Below, in pieces: positions 50,748 to 64,000 of a DNA stretch of 64,000 bases. Below the pieces are notes generated by a model. The model saw only the letters and a program-made list of their open reading frames with translations, was not told the DNA's origin and did no database searches. The position numbers and the translations under genes were made by a program. Origin of the DNA: the human T2T-CHM13v2.0 reference genome, Homo sapiens; the NCBI RefSeq assembly GCF_009914755.1, contig NC_060929.1, one strand, 5' to 3'. Every line of letters starts with the position of its first letter. The stretch's first letter is position 1.

Positions 50748-51570
50748 TCTTTTTTTTTTTTATTATACTTTAAGTTTTAGGGTACATGTGTACAACGTGC
50801 AGGTTAGTTACATATGTATACATGTGCCATGTTGGTGTGCTGCACCCATTAACTTGTTATTTAACATTAGGTATATCTCCTAATGCTATCCCTCCCCACT
50901 CCCCCTACCCCACAACAGGCCCTGGTGTGTGATGTTCCCCTTCCTGTGTCCAAGTGTTCTCATTGTTCAATTCCTACCTATGAGTGAGAACATGCGGTGT
51001 TTGGCTTTTTGTCCTTGTAATAGTTTGCTGAGAATGATGGTTTCCAGCTTCATCCATGTCCCTACAAAGGACATGAACTCATCATTTTTTATGGCTGCGT
51101 AGTATTCCATGGTGTATATGTGCCACATTTTCTTAATCCAGTCTATCATTGTTGGACATTTGGGTTGGTTCCAAGTCTTTGCTATTGTGAATAGTGCTGC
51201 AATGAACGTACGTGTGCATGTGTCTTTATAGCAGCATGATTTATAATCCTTTGGGTATATACCCAGTGATGGGATTGCTGGGTCAAATGGTATTTCTAGT
51301 TCTAGATCCCTGAGGAATCGCCATACTGACTTCCACAGTGGTTGAACTAGTTTACAGTCCCACCAACAGTGTAAAAGTGTTCCTATTTCTCCACATCCTC
51401 TCCAGCACCTGTTGTTTCCTGACTTTTTAATGATTGCCATTCTAACTGGTGTGAGATGGTATCTCATTGTGGCTTTGATTTGCATTTCTCTGATGGCCAG
51501 TGATGATGAGCATTTTTTCATGTGTCTTTTGGCTGCATAAATGTCTTCTTTTGAGAAGTGTCTGTTCATA
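50748..51570 (-). mobile_element. 5'-truncated L1 (L1PA4-like), ~0.82 kb
   Basis: Open 200-aa ORF2 C-terminus (50967-51569) including [26 protein letters not shown], plus 3'UTR and poly-T. No TSD seen. Confidence 0.95.
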
Positions 51571-52410
51571 TTTGTTTTTTTATTTTTATAACAGTCAGCA
51601 CAGAACCCGTTCTATTGGGATTTGTAATTTTGGCCCTTATGTTAGCATTCATGGGATTCCAAGTGATAGTGACCCAAATGCTTTTAGATTAAGGAAAAGC
51701 TGTTACTTTATTGAATCAAAGAAAGAGATGCATATCAGGGCCTGGAGCTCAGGACCTGATGGCAATTAGATTCATGGTCTCTTAGTATCCCAAAGTTTCT
51801 CCAATGCATCAGCTTCACTTCCTCATGACATTCCTTGCTTAAGATATGGCCCCATGCCATCAAGGGCCACACGCTCATCCTTTGTGAATACAGAGGAAAA
51901 GATAGTATTCTCAGTCAACCCCTTTGGAAGATTCCTGGGAAGCACTCTGAATGGTTAGGTTCACATATATAACCTTGGACCAAATACTGTTGCCAATGCA
52001 TGTGGTACAATGTAGGATTGTAAGGACTATATTTCATCTTTGTGGTCAGAGTATTAGAGTCTCTTGCTAGAACAAGGTGGGGAGAGGATTTAGAATGGAA
52101 GTTCTAGGCAAAGACAGTAGCCATTACAACGAGCAACAGAATCTCCCCAGATCTAAGCATGAGCAGGAATTCAAAATAGAAGCCCTACCATGTACCTTTT
52201 TCTCTATTGGGAGTATTGTCGTTCATTAACAGACATTCACTTGGACATTCTCAATGTTTCTGTGTGTGTCATCTCTGCTGTCATGAACTGAGGACCTGGT
52301 TGGAAAGTACTTCTTCATTTCTATTTTTTTCCTTTTCTCCATCTAAACAATGCACATTTTATTTTACGCCCTTGGCTTCCAAAGTCAGATCTAAAGATGA
52401 GGTTACCAGG

Positions 52411-54825
52411 TGTGTTAGTCTGTTCATGTTGCCATAAAGGAATATCTGAAGCTGGGTAATTTATAAAGAAAAGAGGTTTATTTGGCTCATGGTTCTGCAG
52501 TCATGGCACCAGCATTTGCTTGGCTTCTGGTGAGGACTCAGGAAGCTTACAATCATGGCGGAAGGTTAACGGGGAGCAGGCATGTCACACGGCAAGAGAG
52601 AGAAAGCAAGAGAGATTCCAAGCTCTTTTAAACAACCAGCTCTCACATGAACTCAGAGTGAGAACTCAATTATTACCATGGGGAGGGCACCAAGCCGTTC
52701 ATGAGGGATCCACCCACTTGAGCCAAACACCTCCCACCAGGCCTACCTCCAACATCGGAGGTCACATTTCAAGAGTAATTTGGAGCAGATGAAGCATCCA
52801 AACTATATCATTTTGACCCTGGGTCTCCAAATCTCATGTTCTTTTCACATTGCAAAATTCATTAATCTCTTCCCAATAGTCACCAAAAGTCACAACTTAT
52901 TCCAGCATCACTCAAAAATCCAAAGTCTGAAAGCAAGTTCCTTCTACCTATTAACTTGTAAAATTAAAACAAGTTATTTACTCCCAAGATACAATGGCAG
53001 TACAGACATTGGGTAAACATTTCCATTCCAAAAGGGATAAATCAGCTAAAAGATAGGGGCAATAGGCCCCAAGCAAGTTTGAAAATCAGCAGGAGGGGCA
53101 TTAAATCTTAAAGCTGCAAAATAATCTGTTTTGACTCCATGTCCCACATTCAGAGCACACTGACACAAGGGACGGGCTCCCAAGGCATCAGGCAGCTCTG
53201 CCTCTGTGGCTTTGCAGGGTACAGCCCCTGTAGCTGCTATCACAGGTTGCAATTGAGTGCCTGCAGCTTTTTTAGGCTTAGAATATAGGCTGCTCATGAC
53301 TCCACCATTCTGGGGTCTGGAGGGTGGTAGCCCCATTCCCACAGCCCTACTAGGCCATGCCCTAGTGGGGACTCTGTGTGGGGGTTCCAACCCCACATTT
53401 ACCTTGAACACTGCTCTAACGGAGTCTCTGTGTGAGGGCTCTGCCCCTGTGGCAGGCTTTTGGCTGGGTACCCAGGCTTTCCCATACATCCTCTAAAATC
53501 TAGGGAGAACCTTCCAGGACTCTTTCATGCTTGCATTCTGTGCACCTGCAAGCTTACCACCACATAGAAGCCACCAAGGCTTATGGCTTGCAGTGGCTCG
53601 AGCTGTACCTGGGGTCCTTTGAGCTGCAGCTGGAGCTGGAGCAGTGAGGATGCAGGGAGCAGCCTCTTACAGCTGCACAGGGCAGTGGGGCCCTGGGGTT
53701 GGCCCAAAACTGTTCTTTCCATCTAGCCCGCTGGGTCTGTGATGGGAGGGGCTGCCTTGAAGTCTTCTAAAATGTCTTAGAGACCTTCCTCCCATTGTTG
53801 TGGCTGTTAGCACTTGGCCCCCTTTTAGTCTTGTGAATCTCTCTAGCAATTGGTTGTTTCACAGCCTTGGATTTCTTTTCTGAAAATTCTTTTTCCACAT
53901 GACCAGGCAGAAAATTTCCCAAATTTTAATGATCTTCTCTTTTAAATATAATGTCCAGCTGCAAGTCATTTCCTTGGTCCTGTATCCAATTATAGATTGT
54001 TAGAAGTAGCCATGCCACATGTTGAATACTTGTTGCTTAGTAATTTCTTCTGCAAGGTACCCTAAGTCATCATTATTCTCATGTTCAATGTTTCACAAAT
54101 CCCTAGGATGTGGACATAAAGCAGCCACATTTTTGCTAAGGTGTAACAAGGGTGATCTTTTCTCCAGTTCCCAATAACTTCCTCATTTTCATCTGAGACC
54201 TCATCAGCCTGGACTTTACTATCCATATTTTTATCAGTATTTTGGTCACAATCATTTGACCAATGTATAAGAAGTGTCAAACTTTCCTTTGTCTTCCTTT
54301 CTTTTTCTGCTCCCTCCAAAGTCTTCCAACCTCTGCCCATTACCCAGTTCCAAAGCCACTTCCACACCTTCAGATATCTTTATAGCAATGCCCCACTCTT
54401 CATTACCAATTTTCTGTATTAGTTCATTTGTGTTGCCATAAATGAATACCTTAATCTGGGTAATTTATTTTGAAAAAGATTTATTTAGCTCATGGTTCTA
54501 CAGGCTGTACAGGCATGGCACTAGCATCTGCTTGGCTTTTGGTGAGGCCTCAGGAAGCTTACAATCATGGCAGAAGGCAAAGAGGGAGCAGGCATGTCAC
54601 ATAACAAGAGAGAGGAAGCAAGAGAGATTCCAGACTCTTTTAAACAACCAGCTCTCGAGTGAACTCACAGAGTGAGAACTCATTCATTATCATGGGGAGG
54701 GCACTAAGTCATTCATAAGGGATCCACCTGCATGACCCAAATACCTCTCACCAGGCCCACCCCCAACATTGGAGGTTGCATTTCAGCAGGAGATTTGGAG
54801 GGGACAAAACATCCAAACCATATCA
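52411..54825 (-). mobile_element. Full MST MaLR element: LTR 52411-52810, internal 52811-54414, LTR 54415-54825
   Basis: Two clearly homologous LTRs (TCAGGAAGCTTACAATCATGGC...CTCTTTTAAACAACCAGCTCTC) around ~1.6 kb of MST/THE1-type internal sequence (ORF remnant MWKWLWNWVMGRGW). Confidence 0.93.
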
Positions 54826-55489
54826 GAGGGCTACATCCAAAAAGGAAAAAGATGAGTTACAGCAAGGAGATAGCCATTAGAATAGGGAAAAGTGGTGAGA
54901 GAAGCATCTTTTGGTTTATTATGATTGACAGTCCTGAATAGTATATTTTGCTTCTCTAAGCTTTTGGTTTCCCGTCTGCCATTTGGGAATAATATGTTTT
55001 TTGCAACTTATTTCTTAAGAGGTTCCTACCTTTATTAGGTTTCAAGTTTAAAACAGAACTGAATTCTGGTGATGGCATTAGATGCCCCCTTCCTTTCCTC
55101 TCTCTTCCATGCCCTCTCCCCCAGTGGCATAAATTAATTCTAGGGCGGATCAAAGAGGTAACTTCTGACAAGCCCAGCTTTTGCAGCCTTATGTGAGCAT
55201 GGGAGAGTGAGAGTGTGGGAGTTCTGCTTCTATTCCTTGTGGGAACAACTATTTCTACACTTACATAAGGGATCCAGGCTGGCATTCTCTGTGTCCTCAG
55301 CTAAAGAACCGTTCCTTGAATGGTGATGAAAGTGAATAAAATTCACTTATAGAGAGGAAAGAACAGGTATCTGTTATTCTATAATCTTTCCCCATCTTTT
55401 ACTTCTCTAATACCCCTTCCAGGTCCTAATAGTAAGTAGCAGAGGTGAAGGAGAGGAAAAAAAATCACAGAACAATGATCATCATGATG

Positions 55490-55730
55490 GTCATATATTA
55501 AGCACCTAACATATTCCAGACCTATTCTATTATTTTCTTGCTTCATTTAATCCTCACAGTAAATACATGAAGTAGTGCTGTCTCCATTTTCCAGATAAGA
55601 AAAACTAAGATCTGAAGATATTAAATAACTTGTTATGGCTACATAGCTAGTTATGGTTACAGCTAGCATTTGAACCTAGATGTGGCTCATCCCAAAGCCC
55701 CTTAACTTAACACTACGAAATCCTGCCTCT
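55490..55730 (-). mobile_element. MIR
   Basis: CATTTAATCCTCACAGTAAAT...CCATTTTCCAGATAAGAAAAACTAAG...ATTTGAACCTAGATGTG. Confidence 0.75.
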
Positions 55731-56111
55731 CAGGGAAGGAAAGGCTTTTAGAGAACATGTCATAGTCCTTGGTTCTTATCAACCCCTAGTTATAGAGAAA
55801 TGAGCAGACACTTAAATTGTGTAGTTTACTTTTAGTTGAGTGACTTAGTTCTTGCGGTGAGAGAAGTGATGCAGAAATCCCTGGGTAATGTGTGAAATAT
55901 GAGGATTCCTGGATTTTACCCTGTAAGTTGGTGGAGAGGATGGTGGTTACACAGGAATCTGGACATTTATTTACTCCACAGTACTCGTGATACAGATGAT
56001 TCTTGGATCACATCTTGAGAAAAGCTAGATTCACCTGTTTTGATTATGTGGTCATGGTTCTGAATTCATTTTCTGTAGGGCCCTATTTCTGTTGGTTTTG
56101 CCTTAAAAGCC

Positions 56112-56115
<4 letters not shown>

Positions 56116-56156
<41 letters not shown>
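56116..56156. repeat. (TG)n microsatellite
   Basis: About 20 perfect TG units. Confidence 0.97.
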
Positions 56157-56158
<2 letters not shown>

Positions 56159-56501
56159 GGTGAAGAGATAGAAAGAGAAGGAAAACTATGGAAAGATAGC
56201 TAGGTTATTAAGAGAAAGGGATGTGTTATTAGGGAGGACTGAGGAATTGGGTATATATTTTTCCTTTAGCCCAATGGCTGTGTTCAACACGTATCCTAGG
56301 TGCACATAGCTTCTTGCTTCAAAAAGTCCCAAAGGCATTGACTAGCATTGGTCATTTCTAAGCCATAGATTGCAATTCAGCTTTATCCATCTTCTCAAAA
56401 TATTTCTTTTGACCACTGGGAAGATGAAGTCATGAAGCCACGCAAAACCAGTACTATTTTAGCCAAAACCAAACCAAATCCCCCCAGACCCCACCCCCCC
56501 T

Positions 56502-56503
<2 letters not shown>

Positions 56504-56534
<31 letters not shown>
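56504..56534. repeat. Isolated A31 homopolymer preceded by C-tracts
   Basis: CCCCCCAGACCCCACCCCCCCTGC followed by 31 A. Confidence 0.95.
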
Positions 56535-56536
<2 letters not shown>

Positions 56537-56619
56537 CAGCATAAAATGCTACTTTAAAGGGGGTGTCTGGAATAATACCCTCTACTCAGGAGCACAGGAA
56601 GCCTCCACTGTTCTCCATC

Positions 56620-57425
56620 TCTCCTGCAGATGCCAGACAATAGCTGCCTGGCCTCCCTCTTCCATTCTTCATAGAACAACAAAGCTATCTTTTTTCAAAT
56701 ATGGAAGAACTACAACCTCCTTCTGTTAGAGTCCCCACCTAGAATGTAAGCTCCAGGAAGACAGGGAATTGTTTATTTTTCTGTATTGATGTATTCTTGG
56801 TGCCTAGAGTGGTGCCCAGTACATGGCAGTTGCTTAGTAAATTGTTGACTGGCTGATGAAATGAATGCATAAATGAACTCTCTCCATTGGCTTTTGATAA
56901 AATCCAGATTTCTTAACATGACCCACAAGGCCCTTTCTAGCCTTCAGCTTCATCTTCAGCTCTCTCTCCTTTGCTTGCTACGTAGTCTAGCCTTCTTTTG
57001 GTTCTTTGAATCCATCCTGAGCCTTTCTGCCTCTAGGTTTCTCCATTGCTGTTCCATGTGTGTACAGTGCCTTGCTCTCCACTTTTACCTGCAAGCATCT
57101 CCTCATCATTTGGGTCTCAGTTTGCTTGTCACTTCCTACCAGAGGCCTTCCTTGCCTTCTCTTCCCTATCTGAATTAGGTTCTCCTGTTTTTTTTTTTTT
57201 TTCTCATAGCATTTTTTCCTTCTGCTTTTTTTGGCTCAGAACACAATTTGTATTTATGTCTATGTTTATTTGATTCTTTGCTAGGTCATTGTCCATCTCT
57301 CTCACTGGACAATAGGCTCCATGAAGGCAAGACCTTGTCTATTTAACTCTCTTGTTTATGCTCAGGGGCTAGCAGAGGGTGGGCACAGAGAAAACCTTGA
57401 ATAAATAAATATTTGTTGACTAGAC
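56620..57425 (+). mobile_element. Nested L2 fragments
   Basis: CTAGAATGTAAGCTCCAGGAAGACAGGGA...AAATGAATG, and a second end GCTCCATGAAGGCAAGACC...ATAAATATTTGTTGA. Confidence 0.7.
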
Positions 57426-58169
57426 AGACACATTTTAGCTGCAGAACATTTCAACTAAATAATTTAAGTAACTGATAGAAATACTGGGTATCCTGCATTC
57501 ATGAAAATGAAACCAAATACTGGCCAACCCGGTTTTGCTAAAAGGAAAAGGGTGAACCTGTCATTGTATGAGGATGTCAGAAATGATGGAATTGGTGCAG
57601 ATGTGACAAGTGACCTGTCCTGCTGGTAATTAGTAGCCTGAGGCTAAGCTAGTAGCAAGAGTGGGTGGGAAACAATACTTAACTACCCAATTAAAAGGCA
57701 GTACGAACTTAAATTTAGAAGCTGGCTGTGGCCATGCCATAGAAATCACACTGAGGGGAACAGTTGGTTGTGCAGCCCTTGCTCTGGGGGCCATTCTTGC
57801 ATGTCAGACAGATAATTAAAGACACTGTGACTCTGCACATTTGGAAATTATGTCCAGTGACCCTCTTCTCCTGAGCAGATAAGAACACAATGAGTTAAGA
57901 TCTGGGTCATTGATAGGTGATTCCAGGTCAGAAGGGATTTAAACCTTCCTTTGTAAAAGGGAGGAAGGAGTTTTTATTGATGCCAAAAAGCAGGAGGCCT
58001 GGGGTATGGTAGAATATACTCTGAGCTGGGTACTGGGTATCTGTGCTCATGGACCCACTCATCCGTTAAAAGACTCCATGACCTTGGGCAAGACGCTCTC
58101 AGCCTTCTCGTAAACCACTTTTACATTGAACAGTTAGAACCCTTGTTCGGAAGTGACTAAAGATGTGAC

Positions 58170-58470
58170 ATCAGGTTTTTAGGCAAAAAGAGTCTTAATT
58201 GGCTCACGTAACTGAGCAGTGTTAATGGCAGAAGGTGCTTCTGGCCTGGATGGATACAGGAGTGTAAACAACTCACCTGGATTTGATTTCTCTTTCCTGT
58301 CTCTTGGCCCCATTCTCTCTGTTGGCTCTATCCTCATACCAGTTTTCCCCTGGTGATAAGATGGCTGTAGCAGCTCTGGCCTGTGTCTTTTCTGCATGTT
58401 GTTTTCCAGAAGTCCTGCACATATCCTGAAATTCACTGTAATTGACCCCAACTGGTCACTGGGCTGGGGG
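58170..58470 (-). mobile_element. Old MLT1 LTR remnant
   Basis: TTAATTGGCTCACGTAACTGA...GGATGGATACAGG...AAGATGGCTGTAGCAGCTCT motifs. Confidence 0.55.
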
Positions 58471-60234
58471 CTCCACTCATGTCAGGAAGGAAGTCCTCTA
58501 ACTCTACCTAGATGCTGAAGTCATTGGCTTTTGGAACTGGTTTTTCTTAGCCCTGACAGCAAGCCCCAGGAGTTCGACTGCTTCCCCCAGCATATTGAAA
58601 CTCTCTAGCCAAGATACAGTGGGAAGGGGACCAGGAGTCTAATAGGATGAATCCAGATGGGGAATCATTTCATTTCTTCACTCTCAGAACTCACTGAGTT
58701 CCAACATCAGTGTTCTCGCCGATTTTCCACCATGTCACACATGATGGATGAAATTCTCATGGCATTGTGATTGGAGTGGTTCAGAGGGTTGGGCTCTGGA
58801 GTTGGGCAGACTTGGGTTGAAATAGTGACTCCCCCAGCTAGTTGCTATAGAACCTCAGACAAAGACCTCTCTGAACTCTGTTGTCCTATAGGATAAAATA
58901 AAATACTAATACTTACTTAACTGTGTTGTTATGAGGATTGAACAACATCATTTGGAAAAGTGCTTTACACACAGCAAACCTACAGAATAAATGTTATTAT
59001 TTTATTTATTGTTTTTGTATCTATAAATAAGCCTGAACATTTCTTTTTCTTCTATTTAAGAAAACTTGTAAGAATGCAAAGTTACAGGGATAACCTTGAA
59101 TGTGTTCCCTTTAACAAATGTTTGTCTCTCTATATTAGTTATAGTTTTCTGGTGATATACCCCTCGATTGTTTCATGTCATGATGTGGTATTTAATATTT
59201 ATTTTGTAGTCTGACATCTTCTTCTGCACTAGTTTGTGAGCTGTATTGAGGAGCAGGACCATGCTTTTTCATCTACCAGTATGTCCAGTGTCTTGCACTG
59301 ATGAATGAATTCACAATTAAACTCCAAGTAGAGTAAAACTTCCCTAAGAGCAAGAACCACATAAAATGACACTTCAACACAATGGAAGAGTTATTATCTA
59401 TTGGAACAGATTGGGTACTCAATAAATAATTGTTATATAGTTTATGTCTTTATTTTAGCATTTCTATCAATGATCTATTTTATTCTTTTAATGTTTTTAG
59501 TTCATATGCAAATATGGAATGGCTATGGCTCGTTTCTTTGTCACATTATTTATCAGAAGAATGTACTCAGAGCTCTAATGTGTGTACCTTCTGTGAGTAC
59601 CCAGCCAGCAGAGAAGAAGTGGGTGTGACCCAGGGTGGATTCCCTCAGCTACTGCCCACTCGTTTTCTTGTGTTACTCTAAACAATATGTTATATAGTGT
59701 TATATAGCTGATGTGGTCCCTGCCCTTGGTCTAGGGTAGAGCAGGCAGTGGGCAAGCAATGAGCCAACACTGATCACTCAGGTTCTGTCTCCTGGGGGTT
59801 GGAATCTTGGAGCAGCCCTGCTGCCAGTGCACTTCAATTTCTGGTTAATTGGCTCTTCTGTCAGGTTTATGAGTAATCCCAGATCCTCTGGTTAAATTTT
59901 ACTTTCTCCCTTACGTGAAGTCAGTGTTAATTCCTGTTGAAGGCCTACAAAGGACCCTGATACAAATGGTACTCTGAAATCTGCACTGAAGTGTAGATGA
60001 CTGATAGTCCTTTCCTACTTCTCCAGAAACATCTATTTTGAACCCAATACATTTCTAAATGGGAAAGTTTTCAGTGGTGAAAGAGAAGCCATTTCTGCTT
60101 AGAGTGGCTACTGAAAAGCATCTTAAATCCTAATATTTAGCATACTCCAGTCTGGACTCATTCTGGGAAGACAAGGACTCGTGGTCAATAAATGATTAAT
60201 GAGTGTCAGAGGTGACCAGTTTTTTGATCTTTGA

Positions 60235-60590
<356 letters not shown>

Positions 60591-61447
60591 TTCCTCTCTC
60601 CCCCACCCCTCTTTGTTTTAGATAAAAAAGAAATTAGCTCTTTCTTCCCCCTTGGGATGATGAAAAGTCAGGTTAGCTTTGAAACATGGATATGGTCCAT
60701 GTAACACCCTAAAGTTCCTATAGCCTTAGATGTTATGAACAGCTTCAGGTAACAAGACTCAGGCATGAAAAGCACCCAGCAGTAGACACAATGCTTGAAG
60801 CATCAAGAAAGGAATGTTTTTAAAACATGCACCATGTGTTGGTGGAAGCCAGAGTTGGAGACTTTAGCCTCCTGACTTCTCGGCTCGGTTCCCCACTATC
60901 CCATATCACCTCCCTGAACAGAATCAAAAATGTTCTGCATCTCACTTTAAGCTGGGTTTTGACTTTAGAAACTTTTAATGGAATTAATGGTCAGGAACAC
61001 CAGTTGAGGCAGATTTTTGACTGCCAGCATGCCAGCCTGGCATATGTTCATAGGTACCCAAGTTAAGAGTTTATGTATTTCTTCAATTTGCTATAAATGG
61101 AATTAACAACAGTCCATTTGGAGACCTGAAAAACCACAGATGCCAACAGAAGCAGCCACATCTTTCATATTTTATGCTTATTTGAGTCACTGAGTGTGGG
61201 AACCATCAAAGAGAAAAGTGTAGGTTGATTTCTATCATCATCATTGTCATTGCTGTTGTTATTGTAAGTGCTATTAATCAAAGCCTGAGAGATTTCAAGT
61301 GAAAAAAATCTCTGAAATGTGATTGTGCCCTGAAGTGTCCCTCTTCTCTCCCTCTCCTTCTTTAAGGACTATATTTGAAAACCCAAGCTCATGTCTGAAT
61401 AAAAATAAGTTAGATTTTAAGGTTCATTTCCAGCAAACTTTAGAAGG

Positions 61448-61824
61448 TGATATGGTTGGACTTTGTGTCCCCTCCCAAATCACATCTTGAATTGTAATCT
61501 CCAGGTGTGAGGGAGGGACCTGGTGGGAGGTGATTGGATCATGGTGACGGTTTCCCCTATGCTGTTCTTGTAATAGTGAGTGAATTCTCATGACAGCTTA
61601 TGGTTTTAAAAGTGTTTGCCAGTTCCCCCTTTGCTCTCTCTCTCTCCCTTCTGCCACCATGTAAGACATGCTTTGCTTTCCCTTTGCCTTCTGCCTGAGG
61701 CAAAGTTTCCTGAGGCCTCCCCAGCCATGTGGTACTGTGAGTTAATTCAATTAAACCTCTTTCCTTTATAAATTACCCAGTCTTAGGTAGTATCTTTATA
61801 GTAGTATGAGAATGGACTGATACA
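61448..61824 (+). mobile_element. THE1D/MSTA-type solo LTR
   Basis: TGATATGGTTGGACTTTGTGTCCCCTCCCAAATCACATCTTGAATTGTAAT...GAGAATGGACTGATACA; perfect TSD GAAGG. Confidence 0.93.
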
Positions 61825-62344
61825 GAAGGAAATACCATTTATTTTGGCATGGATGGCTTTCAAGTCTTCTCTTCCCATTGGGTCAACCATATTCAAATAA
61901 CTAGGCTTTGAGTATTTCTAGTCACAGGAGTTGGAACAGTTCTAGGTGATGTTATAGGGTATTTACAACAGACCTAGATGAATGAGATATTATAAATTTC
62001 AATATCTTGTGTCTTTGAGAATAACCCTGGAACATTTTTAAAGTTGTTTTTATTTCTGGAAATTGGTTTAAATCTCTTCTTTGAAGAAGTCTGTTAGAGC
62101 GGTAAGAGGACTTGACTCAGATTGAGAGCCTGGCTCTGGTCCTTAATCTCTTCTTCTACCCTGGGCAAGTTACTCTTCCTCTTTGGCCTTGAGTTTTTTC
62201 TTCTCAAACATGGAGACTCAATAATACCCACAATGCCTTTTAATGTGAGAATTCTTTGATTCTACAAATTGCTTTCAAAGTCAGTTTATAGGTGCAAAGT
62301 AAAAATGTGATCATAAATTTAGACCAGTTATATGGGTCATTTAT

Positions 62345-62515
62345 AGCAGTAGTTCACAGACTTTAGTCTGCTTAAGGCTCACTTGAGGTTATTGTGAGAA
62401 AGTCAGCTTCCAGGGCCTCATCCCTAGAGATTCTAATTTGGTAGGTCTATGGCCAAAATCTTCATTTAAACAAATCCTCTTGGGATCGTGTGTGTGTGTG
62501 TGTGTGTGTGTGTGT
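62345..62515. mobile_element. MER5A-like fragment ending in (TG)n
   Basis: CAGGGCCTCATCCCTAGAGATTCTAATTTGGTAGGTCT...TTAAACAAATCCTC; TG run at 62488-62515. Confidence 0.7.
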
Positions 62516-62896
62516 TTCTAATGATGGGGAACATGGTGCAAATATGAGAATCTTCGTAGGGGTAAACATAAGTTGAAAAAAAAACCTCTTTCCATAATTC
62601 TTTTTTCTTTTTCTGGAGTAAACTTAACCATCTGATCCTCAGGAAAAGACACAACAACTACTTTAAGCAGATGTTCCTTGATTTCTGCAGGATCAGATGA
62701 GGTGCAGGAGTTGCTGGCACAATAATGAGTAGAAATGCCAGCTGATTTGGAAGAGTCCCGGGCCCTTGAAGAGGATGAAATTAGAGGTCAGAAAACATAA
62801 CTTTTGTTCCTAGCACTGCTATTTCTGTGCTGTGGTCTTGGACAAGTCATATAAGCCCTCTGAAGCACTCTTTGTACTTTCTAATTGGGATGGGCT

Positions 62897-63323
62897 CTGT
62901 GATGCACTCAGGAATCCTCTTAGAAATGAATTGTTTACTCCTCTAGGTTCTGGAAGTTATCCTGGAAGATGGCCCTCAGCTTGGAGCCCTCTTTAGGGAT
63001 GGCCTCAGTTGAAACAAACTGCTTTTCCCAGGTCTGTCTCCTTCTAGAGCAACCTATAATACTGATTCATCCATATAGGGGTAGAAAGGCCCGGACTCCT
63101 TGCCCCAGCCAGTGACAATTTTGAAGAGCCAGCCTGGACCAGATGTCCCTGTGGCCCTGACAAAAAAGCCCTGAGGCCTTTGTTGTAACTGTCGCAATTC
63201 ACCTTCTCCCTCTGCCCAATCCTGCTTCCTTCTTCCTTCCTTCCACAGGTGTTGATTCTGAGAGCACTCCCTAGTAAATGGCTGATGTGCAAATATCTGT
63301 CCCAGGAAACCCAATTTGGGACA
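62897..63323 (+). mobile_element. LTR16-type (ERVL) solo LTR
   Basis: CTCTTTAGGGATGGCCTCAGTTGAA...GGGGTAGAAAGGCCCGG...TCTGCCCAATCCTGCTTCCTT...CACAGGTGTTGATTCTGAGAGCACTCCCTAGTAAA. Confidence 0.75.
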
Positions 63324-64000
63324 GCGATAATAATAATGCTAGTCATGATAACAGAAGCTACCATTTATTGCATGCTGACTATAGGTCAGGCAAGATACCA
63401 AGTCTTGTATAAACATCATTCTGTTTTCTCTGCAAAACTGTCCTATCAGGTAGGAATTCTCATCTCCTTTTACAGGTGAGAAATAGTTTTATGAACTTAA
63501 GAGAAAACAATATATGTAAACGTGCTTTGATTATTACAAAATAGTATTACTTCTATTTATAAATTTCAACCGAAGAGATCTTCTTAAGCTCTGCAGCAGT
63601 ACTCTCTAGATGAAAGCCTTCCAACTGGCTCTCAGTGGGAGAGAAGGCAGCTCTTCTCTCATCCTCTGCCACCTGCCCCATTCAACCAACTCAAAGGGAA
63701 CCCAAGAGGCTGCTTGGTCCCTAGCCTATGACACTTTACAAATGCCGTGTATATTGTGATATCACTCTCTTTTTTTTTAAACAAAGGTACTTTGCTTGGA
63801 ATTCTGGTGGTATTTTTTCTAAATCCAGAAAATACATTTGCATAGGAAAAAAAACAGCAACTCTCTCTGTCTCTGTATTCTCAGCCTTTCATGGTCTACA
63901 TTACAGCTCATGTATTTACTCACCCATTGCACACCTTTCTAGCCATCTATCACATATAAGGAAGTGTGCCCAGCATGAGGTAACCAAAAAGAAGACCAAG

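Noticed and set aside
50967-51569. Longest ORF in the window (200 aa)
   Set aside because: It is the C-terminus of L1 ORF2p in a 5'-truncated element with no promoter, not a host gene.
53046-53849. ORFs inside the MST internal region
   Set aside because: These are fragmentary frames typical of decayed MaLR internal sequence, with no intact retroviral domain.

Overview
This is primate, most likely human, genomic DNA: AT-rich, CpG-poor and dominated by interspersed repeats (Alu, L1, L2, MIR, MaLR/ERVL LTRs, hAT MITEs). I found no intact protein-coding gene and no convincing new biological system. The best signals are retrotransposition events that can be read from the sequence. (1) A near full-length processed pseudogene of STN1/OBFC1 (telomeric CST complex) at ~1045-2896 sits inside a split FLAM monomer and is itself split by an MST LTR. 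(2) An L1PB-type element at 6761-11731 has a large internal 3' deletion, and its 15-bp target-site duplication also encloses ~240 bp of downstream MER33-like DNA, which indicates a 3' transduction. (3) A 28S rRNA retro-fragment with an A-rich tail and apparent TSD lies at ~12465-12720. (4) There are two LTR-internal-LTR MaLR elements and two overlapping L1PA 3' ends in direct orientation. Repeat subfamily names come from recalled consensus sequences and should be confirmed with RepeatMasker/Dfam. Boundaries of old repeats are approximate.
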